DNA of 64,000 bases, taken from assembly GCF_006345805.1 (NCBI RefSeq), contig NC_042997.1, positions 22,134,001-22,198,000 on the forward strand, written 5' to 3'. This DNA comes from Octopus sinensis (Eukaryota). The notes under the pieces are model-generated. The model was not told the DNA's origin. It was given only the letters and a program-made list of their open reading frames with translations, and searched no databases. Below are positions 1 to 11,749 of the stretch, in pieces (the first letter of the stretch is position 1; each line of letters starts with the position of its first letter). Both the position numbers and the translations under genes were made by a program.

Positions 1-289
1 TGAGTGGCAGGTGTTGTGGCAGAACGACAATACCTTTTGCTGTGTTCTACATACTAGATAAATTTATCAACATTTCTCTGTTTTTTTTCAAAGAATTCCA
101 AGGGACTTCCAAAATCTCTCCGTCATATTTCATATAAAAAGAAATATCCATATTTTAAACTCACGGCTTACAATTAAATGTAAATAAAATGAAAAGTAAA
201 AGCTGAGGCTAAACATTTCAAAATTGAGTAGATGAATATAATAATCAGCAATCAGTGAAGGGAAGATGAGGTTAGTTATTTCTATCTTA

Positions 290-560
290 TCACTGGACTG
301 CGCTGTGTTTCTGTTCAACAATATGAGCACCACTAGTTTGAAGCTGTTGTAACTCTTTAGCTTTCGATCAACCTCGAAAGGACAGACTCGTGAACATAGA
401 TATTTCAGTCGTGCCAACCCGTCTTTTCGTCGACATTCTTTGCCCAAGACTGCATCATTAAATGCGTCCTTCTGTAAAACTATGAAGAGTGATTTGAAGC
501 AGATTGATCAATCACACAGAGGTTCTCTCGTTAGCTTAGGCTCTTCTTCCCCAAGTTGTT
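290..560 (-). mobile_element. Possible highly degenerate HERO-like (restriction-like endonuclease) non-LTR fragment
   Basis: Minus-strand frames give SWAKNVDE and ARLKYLCSRVCPFEV, loosely like the PWEENxxEA..RKRxKY..CxPxEVG tail of HERO-type ORFs. Heavily broken. Confidence 0.3.
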
Positions 561-865
561 GACGTTTTTAGCCCTTTGACCTGACCTAATAGGGCTGACC
601 TATGGCTAACGACATTCCAGTCGTGTGACTTATTCGTTCTGTTTTCAGACAATGTACATACGCTTATATATTATCCAATGCGCTCTTCTTTTCAATCGGT
701 AAGGAGATTCCCTATCTCCCGTTGTGCTTTCAAGTAAGTTTGTATTATTTTCTAAGTAGGGATCATGGGTGATATTCTTCAGTGTTGTGGGCAATGGCTA
801 CGCTACAGTATTGACGGAGAGAAAGGAAAAAGTTTTTTTTGCCTCCTATTCATAAGAATTGGCTG

Positions 866-1205
866 ACCAAAGGTTACTTAACAAATACCCATAGCAATGA
901 GTTCACGTATATGCATAAAGTCTTCTTTCAGAAGAAGAAATATTTCCAAGAGCCGAGGACATGTATAACCAGGTACACGCTCAAATCTAATGCAATAGAT
1001 GCATTGTATACTTAATGAATATTACATTAGCTTCAAATGCTAGGCTAGAACTTTATTATGGGCATAGAGTAGTCAAGAGCATAATTAATGTAATGTAGGA
1101 AGGAAATGCCAGAAGAGAAGAAAAGAGGAAGGAAAGAAGAAAGGAAAGAGGAAAGATGGAAAAAAGAGAAAGAAGGAGGGGAAGAAATAAATTAATGATA
1201 AACAA
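866..1205 (+). repeat. 340-bp direct repeat, copy 1
   Basis: Matches 2018-2357 at an offset of 1152 bp. I count 4 substitutions by eye. Confidence 0.95.
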
Positions 1206-2017
1206 ACTGGTGATAATCCTTATGGATTCATTGCGATTTAGATTTTAAGAATCTTCATATCTAAATATCATATTATAGTCTGAAGAACATTGCTGAGTAG
1301 AGATAAACTCTTAGCGACACGGTTTCCATCCTCAGTTAGAGACACTTTACTTCACTCACGTTTGTAATGCCCTTCGACACAACATAAACGTCAAAGAATC
1401 TCGTTACCCGCTCCCTCTATAAACTTGAAATTCTTATACTTGAAGCTACTATTAGTAGATATATTGATTTATTGTCATACGATCGAAGAATCTATCACCC
1501 TTCGAGACACCATAAGCATCATACAATCTTATTACACTTTCCCCTTTATAAATCTGAAATTCCTGCACCTACAAATCAATACTGATAGATTCAACCAACG
1601 ATTGATTAATCAATAATTCGAAGAATTAATGCTGACTAAATCAATTGAGTGCCAGACTGCTAGTTGGTATTCTATCATCAATTATGATATGACGACTCAT
1701 GGGTATCTAGCCTAACTTGAATCACTATTTCCGCAAAAGTAATGAATTCTAAGCTTCGGAGTTTGGCAGTCTCTGCATAGTCTTTCACTAAAGATAGAGA
1801 AAATATAAATGTAAATATAATATATATAAATATATAAATTTGCTTAGTATACTGATCACTTCCCTGGCATATTTTCACTGAGCCGTATTGGTGTGATATT
1901 GAATGCCAGTTATTTAATGGAATATTTTAAAGGATGAAATATTAGAGTAGCGCCAGGTTTTTTGGACCTATTGTAATCTTGTTTCCAAGCCATATTCTAA
2001 TCAAGTCCCAATCATTC

Positions 2018-2357
2018 ACCAAAGGTTACTTAACAAATACTCATAGCAATGAGTTCACGTATATGCATAAAGTCTTCTTTCAGAAGAAGAAATATTTCCA
2101 AGAGCCGAGGACATGTATAACCAGGTACACGCTCAAATCTAATGCAATAGGTGCATTGTATACTTAATGAATATTACATTAGCTTCAAATGCTAGGCTAG
2201 AACTTTATTATGGGCATAGAGTAGTCAAGAGCATAATTAATGTAATGTAGGAAGGAAATGCCAGAAGAGAAGAAAAGAGGAAGGAAAGAAGAAAGGAAAG
2301 AGGAAAGATGGAAAGAAGAGAAAGAAGGAGGGGAAGAAATAAATTAATAATAAACAA
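2018..2357 (+). repeat. 340-bp direct repeat, copy 2
   Basis: Near-identical to 866-1205. Confidence 0.95.
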
Positions 2358-2401
2358 TATAATATATAATAATATAATATAATAATACATACATACATAC
2401 A

Positions 2402-2482
<81 letters not shown>

Positions 2483-2509
2483 ATATATATAATATATATA
2501 TATAGTTCT

Positions 2510-2714
2510 TTCCCAGCATGGTTCTGGTTCAGTCTCTCTGAGTGGCTCTCAAGGAAGATGTCTACTACTATAACCTCGCGCCGACCAAAACCTTGTGAGT
2601 GGATTTGCTAGACAGAAACTCAAAGGAACCAGTCATGTATATGTGTGGTGGGGCGTTTGTCCACCACCGCTTGACAACTGGTGTTGGTGTGTTTACATCA
2701 CTGTAACTTAACCG
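2510..2714 (+). mobile_element. Degenerate SINE family A fragment
   Basis: Contains ccgaccaaaaccttgtgagtggattt..agacagaaact and gcttgacaac..ggtgtgtttacatc, shared with the family A copies at 4832, 11462, 39970 and 55088. Confidence 0.75.
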
Positions 2715-2809
2715 TTATTATTATTATTGTTCAGGTCGCTGCTTGGAATCGAACTCGGAATCTTCGGATTAGTAGCCCGCAGTCTTAACCACTACGCCAT
2801 ATGCCCGTG

Positions 2810-2810
<1 letters not shown>
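2715..2810 (-). mobile_element. tRNA-derived SINE head with (AAT)n at its 3' side
   Basis: The minus strand reads TGGCGTAGTGG (A box), gggctactaatcc (similar to the tRNA-Ser GCT anticodon arm) and GAGTTCGATTCC (B box), then (AAT)n. No proper acceptor stem. Confidence 0.75.
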
Positions 2811-2855
<45 letters not shown>

Positions 2856-2902
2856 TCGAAGAATACCTTAGGAATGAGAACCCAAGTTCGAAATTTCCCT
2901 AA

Positions 2903-2948
2903 GACACCTGAAGAAGGCTGGAGGGTATATCAGCCGAAACGTTGTATT
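2903..2948 (+). ncRNA. Minimal type-I hammerhead ribozyme-like motif (Penelope-type)
   Basis: CUGAAGA at 2908-2914; stem II GGCUG/CAGCC at 2916-2920/2931-2935; GAAA at 2936-2939; loopless palindromic stem III ACGU; stem I GACAC/GUAUU with one mismatch; extra A at 2915. Confidence 0.6.
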
Positions 2949-3059
2949 AACAACAAACAAGATGAGGACAAATATCCGTCGAATGTAAATAATGTAAATA
3001 GTGTAAATAATGTAGCAAATAGTCAGTTCAGATGTTTGTCACAAACTCAGTGAACCACA

Positions 3060-3420
3060 TACTTCGGACTTTTCTATAAGAGTTCTCCATCGCCTTTGTT
3101 AGTTGCTGTCATCGTGGGTTAGTTCACCGTGAGTTAGTTCCGTGGGTTAATTGCATCGCCTGGGTTAGTTGCTTTCGGCCTACCCTGGTAGGGTAAATGC
3201 GTCCTGGGTACCAAACCAAAAACAACTGAGTACTCGCACATACATATTTTTCATTTAATTTAATTGCCAGTGATTCTTCCTTTGACAGATTTTGGTTTTC
3301 ATCTTGCAGGGTCTCCACAAAGCCGCCACCCGGCAAGCAGGCTTAGTAGCGTTGCCAGTTTAGTTGCAGCAGGTTGTACTGGGTTTCGTACCACCGGTAG
3401 CACTCAGTGTGCGTGAATAT
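3060..3420 (-). mobile_element. Probable 5' segment of a non-LTR retrotransposon (family uncertain)
   Basis: GC-richer island with four short gggttagtt-type repeats (about 3113-3172). It resembles LINE 5' regions from memory only. Confidence 0.3.
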
Positions 3421-4075
3421 GTGCGTGCGCGTATCTGTATTTATGAATATATACTCACACATAAGCACGCACGCACACACACACACACACAAAAGTAGAA
3501 ATAGAAAATAAAGAAGAAAAAAGCAATAAACAAAGACAAACCAATAAGTATATTTTCATACGCCCCAGGATAAATTGAATAACGAAAGGCAAAGCAAAAT
3601 TCAACAATATCTTCTTTAATCTGATAAATATTATGGAATTGCTGCTCAGTATTAACGTATTATCTCTAAAGTACATAAAACTCGTTAAACGACTGACCTC
3701 TTAAGCTTCAGATACTACATTTTATGTTGCATGAATGCATTTTTAGAAGTTGTGTTCCTTTCATGAACAAATTACTTGACTTATTTTAAATGACGTTTTG
3801 TTGTAATCATGTATAATTAAACATAAATGAATAAATACACACATACACACACATGGCATATATATATGCTTGTGTATATATATCGTCACACACATGTATG
3901 CATATACACACAGACACACACATACATACATACATACATATATACATACATACATACATGCATGCATGCATGCATACATACATACATACATACATACATA
4001 CATAATACATACATACATACATACATACATATTTGTATATATATGTTTGTGGTGTGGGTGTGGGTGGGTATGGAT

Positions 4076-4372
4076 GTGGAGGCGCAATGGCCCAGTGGTT
4101 AGGACAGCGGACTCGCGGTCGTAGGATCGCGGTTTCGATTCCCAGACCGAGTGTTTATTGAGCGAAAACACCTAAAGCTCCACGAGGCAGCGGGGTGGTG
4201 GCGATCCCTGCAATACTCTTTCACCACAATTTTCTCTCACTCTTTCTTCTGTTGGCCTGCTCACTTAGCCAGCGGAGTGACGTCATTTGAAGGCTAAAAC
4301 AATGCGAAGCGCATTGTGACCAGCGATGTGTAGTAACATCTGATAGTCTGGTCGGTCATGGTGATCACGGTG

Positions 4373-4374
<2 letters not shown>
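4076..4374 (+). mobile_element. tRNA-derived SINE family B
   Basis: A box TGGCCCAGTGG and B box GGTTTCGATTCC. Body shared with 37589-37896 and 50734-51046. Ends ggtgatcacggtga followed by (TA)n(GA)n. Confidence 0.9.
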
Positions 4375-4433
<59 letters not shown>

Positions 4434-4434
4434 A

Positions 4435-4465
<31 letters not shown>

Positions 4466-4495
4466 AAGAGAGAGAAGAGAGAGAGAAAGAGAGAA

Positions 4496-4535
<40 letters not shown>

Positions 4536-4831
4536 ATTATGCATGTGTGTGTGTGTATGGAAATAGAAGCATCATTATTTCTAAATCTCTCCAAGAGAGA
4601 TATTAAGTAACAGTTCTTTAATGTAAAGACTATTTGCCAACATAATGTGGCTGTCCTGGATGGGACAATTATTACTGCTGTTTAGCCCCAGGAACCAACG
4701 ATCCCAGCTGGCTATACAACACAATACCTGTGTCCTTATATTTTCAAAGAGGGAGCCCAGCACCCAGATCCAGTACAAAGTAACATTTGTGGACCGGTTT
4801 CTAGGCTATTGCTTTTTATCAGCACAGAGTA

Positions 4832-4992
4832 GGCGCAGGAGTGGCTGTGTGGTAAGATCTTGTCTCCCAACCACATAGTTCCGGGTTCAATCCCATTGCA
4901 TGTTACCTTGGGTAAGTGTCTTCTGCTATAACCTCGGGCGGACCAAAGCTTTGTCAGTGGATTTGGTAGACGGAAACTGAAAGAAGCCCGTC

Positions 4993-5084
<92 letters not shown>

Positions 5085-5208
5085 ACCATCGTTTGGCAAC
5101 CGATGTTGGTGTGTCCATGTCACCATAACTTAGCGGTTCGGCAAAAAAATCCAATACAATAAGTACTAGGCTTACTAAGAATAAGTTCTGGGGTCAATTT
5201 GTTCGACT
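4832..5208 (+). mobile_element. tRNA-derived SINE family A with internal (TA)n(TG)n
   Basis: Head ggcgcaggagtggctgtgtggt..gggttcaatccc, then a central microsatellite and a 3' half shared with other A copies. The extreme 3' tail is missing. Confidence 0.9.
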
Positions 5209-5209
5209 A

Positions 5210-5399
5210 GTGGTGGTTCACCTATCGCGCACTAGGTATATCGCGGATTTTTCTGGCTAATATATGTAAATTTAGGTCGCAGCCTCCTCAGTAAATCGCG
5301 GGTGTCTGCGGCCCATAGGCAATTATATTTTTTTAAATTTCAATTATTTACGTGCGGGGGGGGGACGTAACACCCGCGATAGTCGAGGGATTATTGTAT
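5210..5399 (-). mobile_element. Pogo/Tigger-like MITE remnant
   Basis: Terminus reads TA-CAATAATCCCTCGACTATCGCGGG on the minus strand, like CAGTAATCCCTCG-type TIRs. Internal atcgcg repeats. Confidence 0.4.
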
Positions 5400-5436
5400 G
5401 TATGTATGTATGTATATATATATATATATATATATA

Positions 5437-5620
5437 ATGGCGGTGCCCCAGCATGGCCACACCTCGTGAGCTGAACCTAGATAAAATAAAATAAAAAATT
5501 AAATTAAAAAAAAATATATATTATATATATATATAATGGCGGTGCCCCAGCATGGCCACACCTCGTGAGCTGAACCTAGATAAAATAAAATAAAAAATTA
5601 AATTAAAAAAAAATATATAT

Positions 5621-5634
<14 letters not shown>
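5437..5634 (+). repeat. 99-bp tandem duplication of an isolated CR1-group LINE 3' tail
   Basis: atggcggtgccccagcatggccacacctcgtgagctgaacctagataaaataaaa occurs at 5437 and 5536. It matches the LINE tail at 54159-54205. Confidence 0.85.
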
Positions 5635-5676
<42 letters not shown>

Positions 5677-5779
5677 GAGGATACGATAGGTAAATTGTCG
5701 CCATTTTATATTTTTGATTTGGCACATGTGCATTGTTTGTTTTTGATTTTGTCGACTACACTGTTATAGTAGGGTCTGT

Positions 5780-6245
5780 TGGGCACCGTTTGTGAGGAAA
5801 ACAGCACAATGACGCAATTCATTCTGCCAGAAATTTGGAAACAACATGCTGTACTGCTAGACATTCGCTTCAGAAGCTCCAACATGAACAGATGGTAAAC
5901 ACAGAACAAGCGTTGGCTTGCCGTGTGCCCAAAATATGTGCCGAGAGTGATAAAAATCAAACATGCAGTCAACATCATGGTGTTTGGAGTGAGCATTAGT
6001 GATGGCAACGTTATGCTTCAATTCATCTTTCCACACGGCCTCAGACTCAAGACGGAGGCCTATATCAAGTGTCTGGAGAAGGTAGTACTGCCCTGGGTCA
6101 AGAGGGTGGCTGCTGGAAGACCCTACGTCTAGTTCAGAACCCAGTCGTGGCTATCAGACAATTTCTGCGACCACATCACCACTAACATCTGGTTACCTAA
6201 CTCCTCAGACTGTAACCTCCTTCATTATTATGTGTGGGGTGCATC
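5780..6245 (+). mobile_element. Internally deleted maT (DD37D-type) Tc1/mariner transposase remnant
   Basis: Translates KHAVNIMVFGVSISDGNVMLQFIFPHGLRLKTEAYIKCLEKVVLPWVKRVAAGRPYV, then RTQSWLSDNFCDHITTNIWLPNSSDCNLLHYYVWGA (degenerate WPPNSPDxNPLDYxVWG). The QQD segment is deleted. Confidence 0.75.
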
Positions 6246-6573
6246 TATTTCTGAAATATTCATCACATTACCTCATGTGTGTTCTTTTCTTTAAATGTTC
6301 CCGCGACATTTAAAACAAAACTATTGTGAGCCAGTATAAATTTAAATAAAGAAGTATTATTACCGTTATTAATGATAATAATAAGGTGGCTAGCAAGTTT
6401 ACACCCTTACAGGCAAAATATAAGCTAAATTTAGATTCAGTAGGGTACTTAAATACCACTTGCTATAATCGAAGACATCGCTCGAAAACCACCAGTAACT
6501 CACTATTAGGGCCGCAAGATGGTGGCACACTCGGAGGTCGACAGTAAATAGCAAAGGGTGATAATCTCCTATT

Positions 6574-6810
6574 TTTTATTTCTTTACTACCCACAAGGGG
6601 CTAAACACAGAGCGGGACAAACAAGGACAGACAAACGCATTAAGTCGATTACATCGACCTCAGTGCGTAACTGGTACTTAATTTATAGACCCCGAAAGGA
6701 TGAAAGGCAAAGTCGACCTCGGCGTAATTTGAACTCAGAACGTAACGGCAGACGAAATACGGCTACGCATTTCGCCCGGCGTGCGAACGTTTCTGCCAGC
6801 TCGCCGCCTT
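6574..6810 (-). mobile_element. SINE family F (long-tail form) with 13-bp TSD
   Basis: Flanked by ataatctcctatt at 6561-6573 and 6811-6823. Head ggcggcgagctggcagaaacgtt..gagttcaaatt. Confidence 0.92.
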
Positions 6811-7617
6811 ATAATCTCCTATTGTTTACCTTTGGAGCGAGGCTTTTCCCCCTCCATATTTTGAAGAGGTCTTAGACCAACAGGTTTTGGAGTCTGACGA
6901 TACGCCATAAAGCTGAACCCTATATGGACAGGAAACCCAAGGTAATCCCATAAACCGGCCTTGCCCACTTTTAGTATATATATACTAGTATTGGCCACCC
7001 CTCTCGTTTTTTCTTCCATTTATCACCTCTTCCCCATCAGGCATTCCCTCATTACTAACCCTACAACCTACACTGTTTGTAGATAAAGCTAGATGTATGT
7101 TTGCAGTACGTTGAGAGTTCAGTAGATTGTCTGACTTTAATTGATTTATCACCATTAACTAGAATACAGTTGTCAACTCTCGATGGAGTTAATTTTAAAT
7201 TGTTGAAGACTACATTCTACATAAAGTCATCTGAATATAAGTAACTAGGTCACTACTCATTTTATCCTGACTTCCACTATTTCCTCTGCTACTCTCTAAA
7301 TTATAGTAGGCTTGACGTGGTATGCATTATTTTCTAAATTCATTCTGCTACGGATATGACAAAAGAAACAATGTAAATATTTTGAGTTCTATTATTGATG
7401 TAAATATGATTCAAACATTGGTAATATCGTTATGTTTGAAGTCTACGCGGTCATCTGACGAAAACGGCTTCTTTCAAATATATGTAATGTTTTCATTAAT
7501 CACTTAAAGGAACCGCTTGAAACGGCCGTAATGAATTGACACCTTTACATCTTTGTTACTTATTTATATTCTGTTCACCTAATTCATGATGCTAAATTTA
7601 TCTGTTCTGAACATGTT

Positions 7618-7790
7618 AATTTGTCAACATTGAAACATTCTAATTTGCCAACATTGAAACATTTTAATTTGCCAACATTGAAACTTTTAAAGATGTTTTT
7701 TTCTAATTCATAATTTTAAATATTTACCATTGATAAACAAAGATGTTTTTCTAATTTATAACTTTAAGCTTTTACCATTGATGAGCAAAA
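7618..7790. repeat. Small minisatellites (about 3 x 24 bp, then about 2 x 50 bp)
   Basis: aatttgYcaacattgaaacattYt three times, then aaagatgtttt..taccattgat twice. Confidence 0.8.
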
Positions 7791-7889
7791 ATATTGTTTA
7801 ACCTAGTTTGGTATATATGTAAATAAATGCATTTTAAACATTTACGAGTTTTTGAAATATAGGTGCATTTTCAACAACATATTTTCCTT

Positions 7890-7941
<52 letters not shown>

Positions 7942-8624
7942 CTGTAATGAATGAAATAAAACATATGCATATATATAAACATATATGTACGTACCTACCT
8001 CTACATGTACATATACACGCATATATGAGTACAGGACACCAAAGGGACGTCGAACACAAAGAGAAACGAAAACATAGACACAAACCAAAGGAACTGGACA
8101 TTTTTTAAAAACAACAAAAAAAAATATATATATATAAATACAACTAGCTATATAGACGCACAACTAGCTGTATATACATACATATGTATGTGTGTATATA
8201 TATATATATATGTATAATCATGTGTTGATGCACACACATATAAGCACGCGCATGCGTGCACGAACGCACGCGCACGAACATACACATTCGTTACCAGAAA
8301 TGTACAGTAAACTTACGGATGTGTGATTGAAATAAACACGGATTAAATTTCGGTGTCCGAATTTTGCGTGTATACAATAAATAACTATAAGCTACTATTC
8401 ACTCTGTTGACATGAATGAGTACTGATCTCTGATGAGGCGTAAATAAATGGTGACACTGCTTATATCGATCTTTTCTTACAACTACAATAAGAAAAAACT
8501 CTTGTTTAAGCATACAGTCTATTTTTTTTCAGAGAGAGGCTTAATGTGTATTAGCTAAAGTCACGAGAGTAAATTTACTGTACATTTCTTTTTTCCTAGA
8601 TTTTTTTAACGCCTTTATTAATGA

Positions 8625-8995
8625 CTAGCAGTATCGCCCGGCGTTGCTCGGGTTTGTAAGGGAAATAACTATAAAGCATTTTTAGAGAGTTATAGCCAAA
8701 AAATAGAAAAAAAATGATGGTAAATTTTTTCTTAGTTAAAAAGGTCGAGTTGCGTCCCCTAGACAGTCTGTGGTTTGTGTTTCTGATTCTCGACCCCATG
8801 TCGAATTTATCGATTTTTTTCAGAACTGGGGGAACTTTTCAAAATTTTCGCTGCGTTAGTTTTGAATTATGACATTGGGCTATGTGTGTGTCAAGTTTCA
8901 TCAGAATCGGTTGAAAGCCGTGGTAAGGGTGAGGGTACAACCTAACAGACACACAGAAACACACACAGACAAACTGCCGTTTATATAGAGAGAGA
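8625..8995 (-). mobile_element. Non-autonomous Helitron-type element (family 2)
   Basis: On the minus strand: A|TC 5' end, 3' hairpin cccgagcaacgccggg, then CTAG|T. Inserted between A and T with no TSD. Confidence 0.85.
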
Positions 8996-9420
8996 TGTTT
9001 ATCTGTCTAGCTATTTATCTATCACTCTATCTATCTGTCTTTTCAACTATCTATATATCTCTATCCCTCCCTCTCTTTGCATATATAGATATGTGTGTGT
9101 ATGGATGGATGCATGCATGACTGTTTGAATGTATGCATGTATGTATGCCATTATTCAGTTTATTTCAAGATTTCTTGCCAATAGAGAAAGAACCGATTTC
9201 TAACCTAGATCCAAAGTTCCTTCATTGGCATTTCAACATCAGCAACGGGTATTTTTGTTTGTATGAACGTATGTATGTATGTATGTATGTATGTATGTAT
9301 GTATGTATGTATGTATGTATGTATGCATTTATGTATGTATGTATGTATGTATGTATGTATGTATGTATGTATGTATGTATGTATGTATGTATTCATGTAT
9401 GTCTGTAGTTTGTGTATACT

Positions 9421-9756
9421 GAGACCCCTTTCGGTCATGACTGACCATGGGATTACACCTAGAAAGTTACCCTCCCAGGCACAAGGTTATTTACGGGCAA
9501 GGTTATTTACGGAAGACCAGCAGTCACCCATGCATACCGGCCTCCCCTCTCCACGCCACCAGTGTTATCAAAGAGAAAGGCAAAGGCCGATACAGCTTGG
9601 CACCTGTGACGTCGCAGCTCAGTTCTACAGCTGAGGGAACTGGAGCGACGTGAAATAAAGTGTCTTGCTCAAGAACACAACACGCAACCTGATCCGGGAT
9701 TCGAACTCACAACCTCACGACCGTAAGCTCGACGCTCTAACCACTGAGCCATGCGC
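9421..9756 (-). mobile_element. tRNA-derived SINE family D
   Basis: TGGCTCAGTGG and GAGTTCGAATCC boxes. Matches 31282-31620. Internal 16-bp duplication of caaggttatttacgg. Confidence 0.9.
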
Positions 9757-9831
9757 ATACATGTGTATGTATGCATACAAACACACTCACATATATATGT
9801 TCATACGTAACATATATATGTTCATACGTAG

Positions 9832-9876
<45 letters not shown>

Positions 9877-9896
9877 CATTATTATTATTATTATTA

Positions 9897-9931
<35 letters not shown>

Positions 9932-10480
9932 GAGTGAGAGAGCAGTGCATGCCATCAAAGTGACACTGGAGTAAAATTTACGAAGCCCAGTATACACATC
10001 ATGACTACCTGCCTGATAAGGGTACACCAGGCACATGCATCACAACCATATGTGTGCGACATGGTGAAGATAAACAGCACATGACCTTGCAGGTGGGGCC
10101 CAGTTAGAATTTTCTTCAGGTCGAGTAACCCATCCTGCTCAAAAGGTCCCTGAATAAGGGTTGTTTAAGGATGTTGAACGAAAAACCCATGTTTCCAGAG
10201 GTGATTTATTAAAACCCCAAAGAATCCCTCTCACCACATGGCTACGATGCTCCCCCACTACTTCTGCTCATGATCAGAGATGCACATATCGTCAGCCACT
10301 AAGGGACATGCCCAACTGGTTAAGGTCAAACAACTGACAAGCAAATCTGTGGTATTGAGCAGAATATTTGCTGTAGCCCATCTTTTATACCAAGACAAAA
10401 CAATGTACAAGATAACACTTCCAATCAGTTGACATCAGAAGCCATGAGAGCCACTGCCTGGTACTGCATCAGGGCATTTA
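9932..10480 (-). mobile_element. Non-coding interspersed element E embedded in (AAT)n
   Basis: About 550 bp. Inverse-homologous to 28098-28505 and flanked on both sides by (ATT)n. Confidence 0.8.
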
Positions 10481-10483
10481 TGA

Positions 10484-10485
<2 letters not shown>

Positions 10486-10523
<38 letters not shown>

Positions 10524-10655
10524 GGCTGCCCCCTCGTTATTGAGTATGGCCATTGCACGAAGCTTAACTGTTATTGGTGCTATGATCGAATGTGACTTTT
10601 TAGCCCAGCTAAAGACCTACAATGTCTTGTACAGAATTGGCAACTAAAACCTTTA
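10486..10655 (-). mobile_element. RTE-type LINE extreme 3' fragment
   Basis: C-terminal zinc-finger-like CQFCTRHCRSLAGLKSHIRS*, a short 3' UTR ending ggccatactcaataacgaggggcagcc, and an (AAT)n tail. Confidence 0.65.
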
Positions 10656-10693
10656 CCGGTAACATATATAAGTTTATACGTAACATACATGCA

Positions 10694-10761
<68 letters not shown>

Positions 10762-11382
10762 TATATATATATACCCACTCATATATGCACCACACCACAC
10801 CGCACACACATGCATTCACACACCACACACACACACTTATGCATGCATGTGTGTATTTATACATATAATGCTTTTACTTTAGAAATGTGTGAGTTCGAGC
10901 TCTCTGTATAGCACCGTGATAAAATGCCAAGTGCTTTTAGAAATCAAAAGCCTTTCAGTTGTGACTCTTTGGTTTTTTTAGGGAAACTTGTGATCGAACA
11001 CAACCTTGTGAGTTAAATTTCACACTCTATAGATGGGAACTACGGTGGAACCATTCCTATTCTTTGATTGTAAACTAAATAATTCGGCTGCGGTTTCACC
11101 TTCGGTGCCCTGGGAACTGTCTTCTCTTTGAAACTAATTCAGTCAAGCCGTCAATCTTCTCTGTACTTTCATCTGTGATGAATGCCTTGAAAGAAAATTT
11201 ACCGTTCTTCCTCTGACTAAGCTTTTAAAATAAATAAACTATAACGCTTAAATGTTTACAAGTGGATCTGTGTGTGTGTGTGTGTGTGTGTGTGGTGCCC
11301 GCGCGCGCGTGCGTTTTCAACGTAGGTGACTATATGGCAACTCCGAAGAAGCTGTCAAACGTCCTTGTAAAAATTATATATA

Positions 11383-11697
11383 CAGGTGTTGGACAAAATA
11401 ATTAAAACACCTAGCATCATAGCATCATAATTTTGAAATATCTATAAAACCGTCACAAGCTTTACTCTTTTACTCTTTTACTTGTTTCAGTCATTTGACT
11501 GCGGCCATGCTGGAGCACCACTTTTAGTCGAGCAAATCGACCCCGGGACTTATTCTTTTGTAAGCCCAGTACTTATTCTATCGGTCTCTTTTGCCGAACC
11601 GCTAAGTAACGGGGGCGTAAACATACCAGCATCGGTTGTCAAGCAATGCTTGGGGGACAACCACAGACACACAAACACACACACACACAAACTATAT

Positions 11698-11749
<52 letters not shown>

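Noticed and set aside
1206-1620. Faint resemblance to an L2-type endonuclease
   Set aside because: Multiple stops and no diagnostic motif I can support.
866-2357. LTR retrotransposon or solo-LTR pair interpretation
   Set aside because: No TG...CA ends, TSD, PBS, PPT or gag/pol remnants between the repeats.
2729-2810. tRNA genes here and at the SINE heads (4076, 9680-9756, 31282, 32821, 37589)
   Set aside because: A and B boxes are present, but acceptor stems and cloverleafs are broken and each continues into a SINE body or tail.
8424-8460. CTGATGAG (also CTGACGA near 7455) as hammerhead cores
   Set aside because: No stem II closed by GAAA follows either motif.
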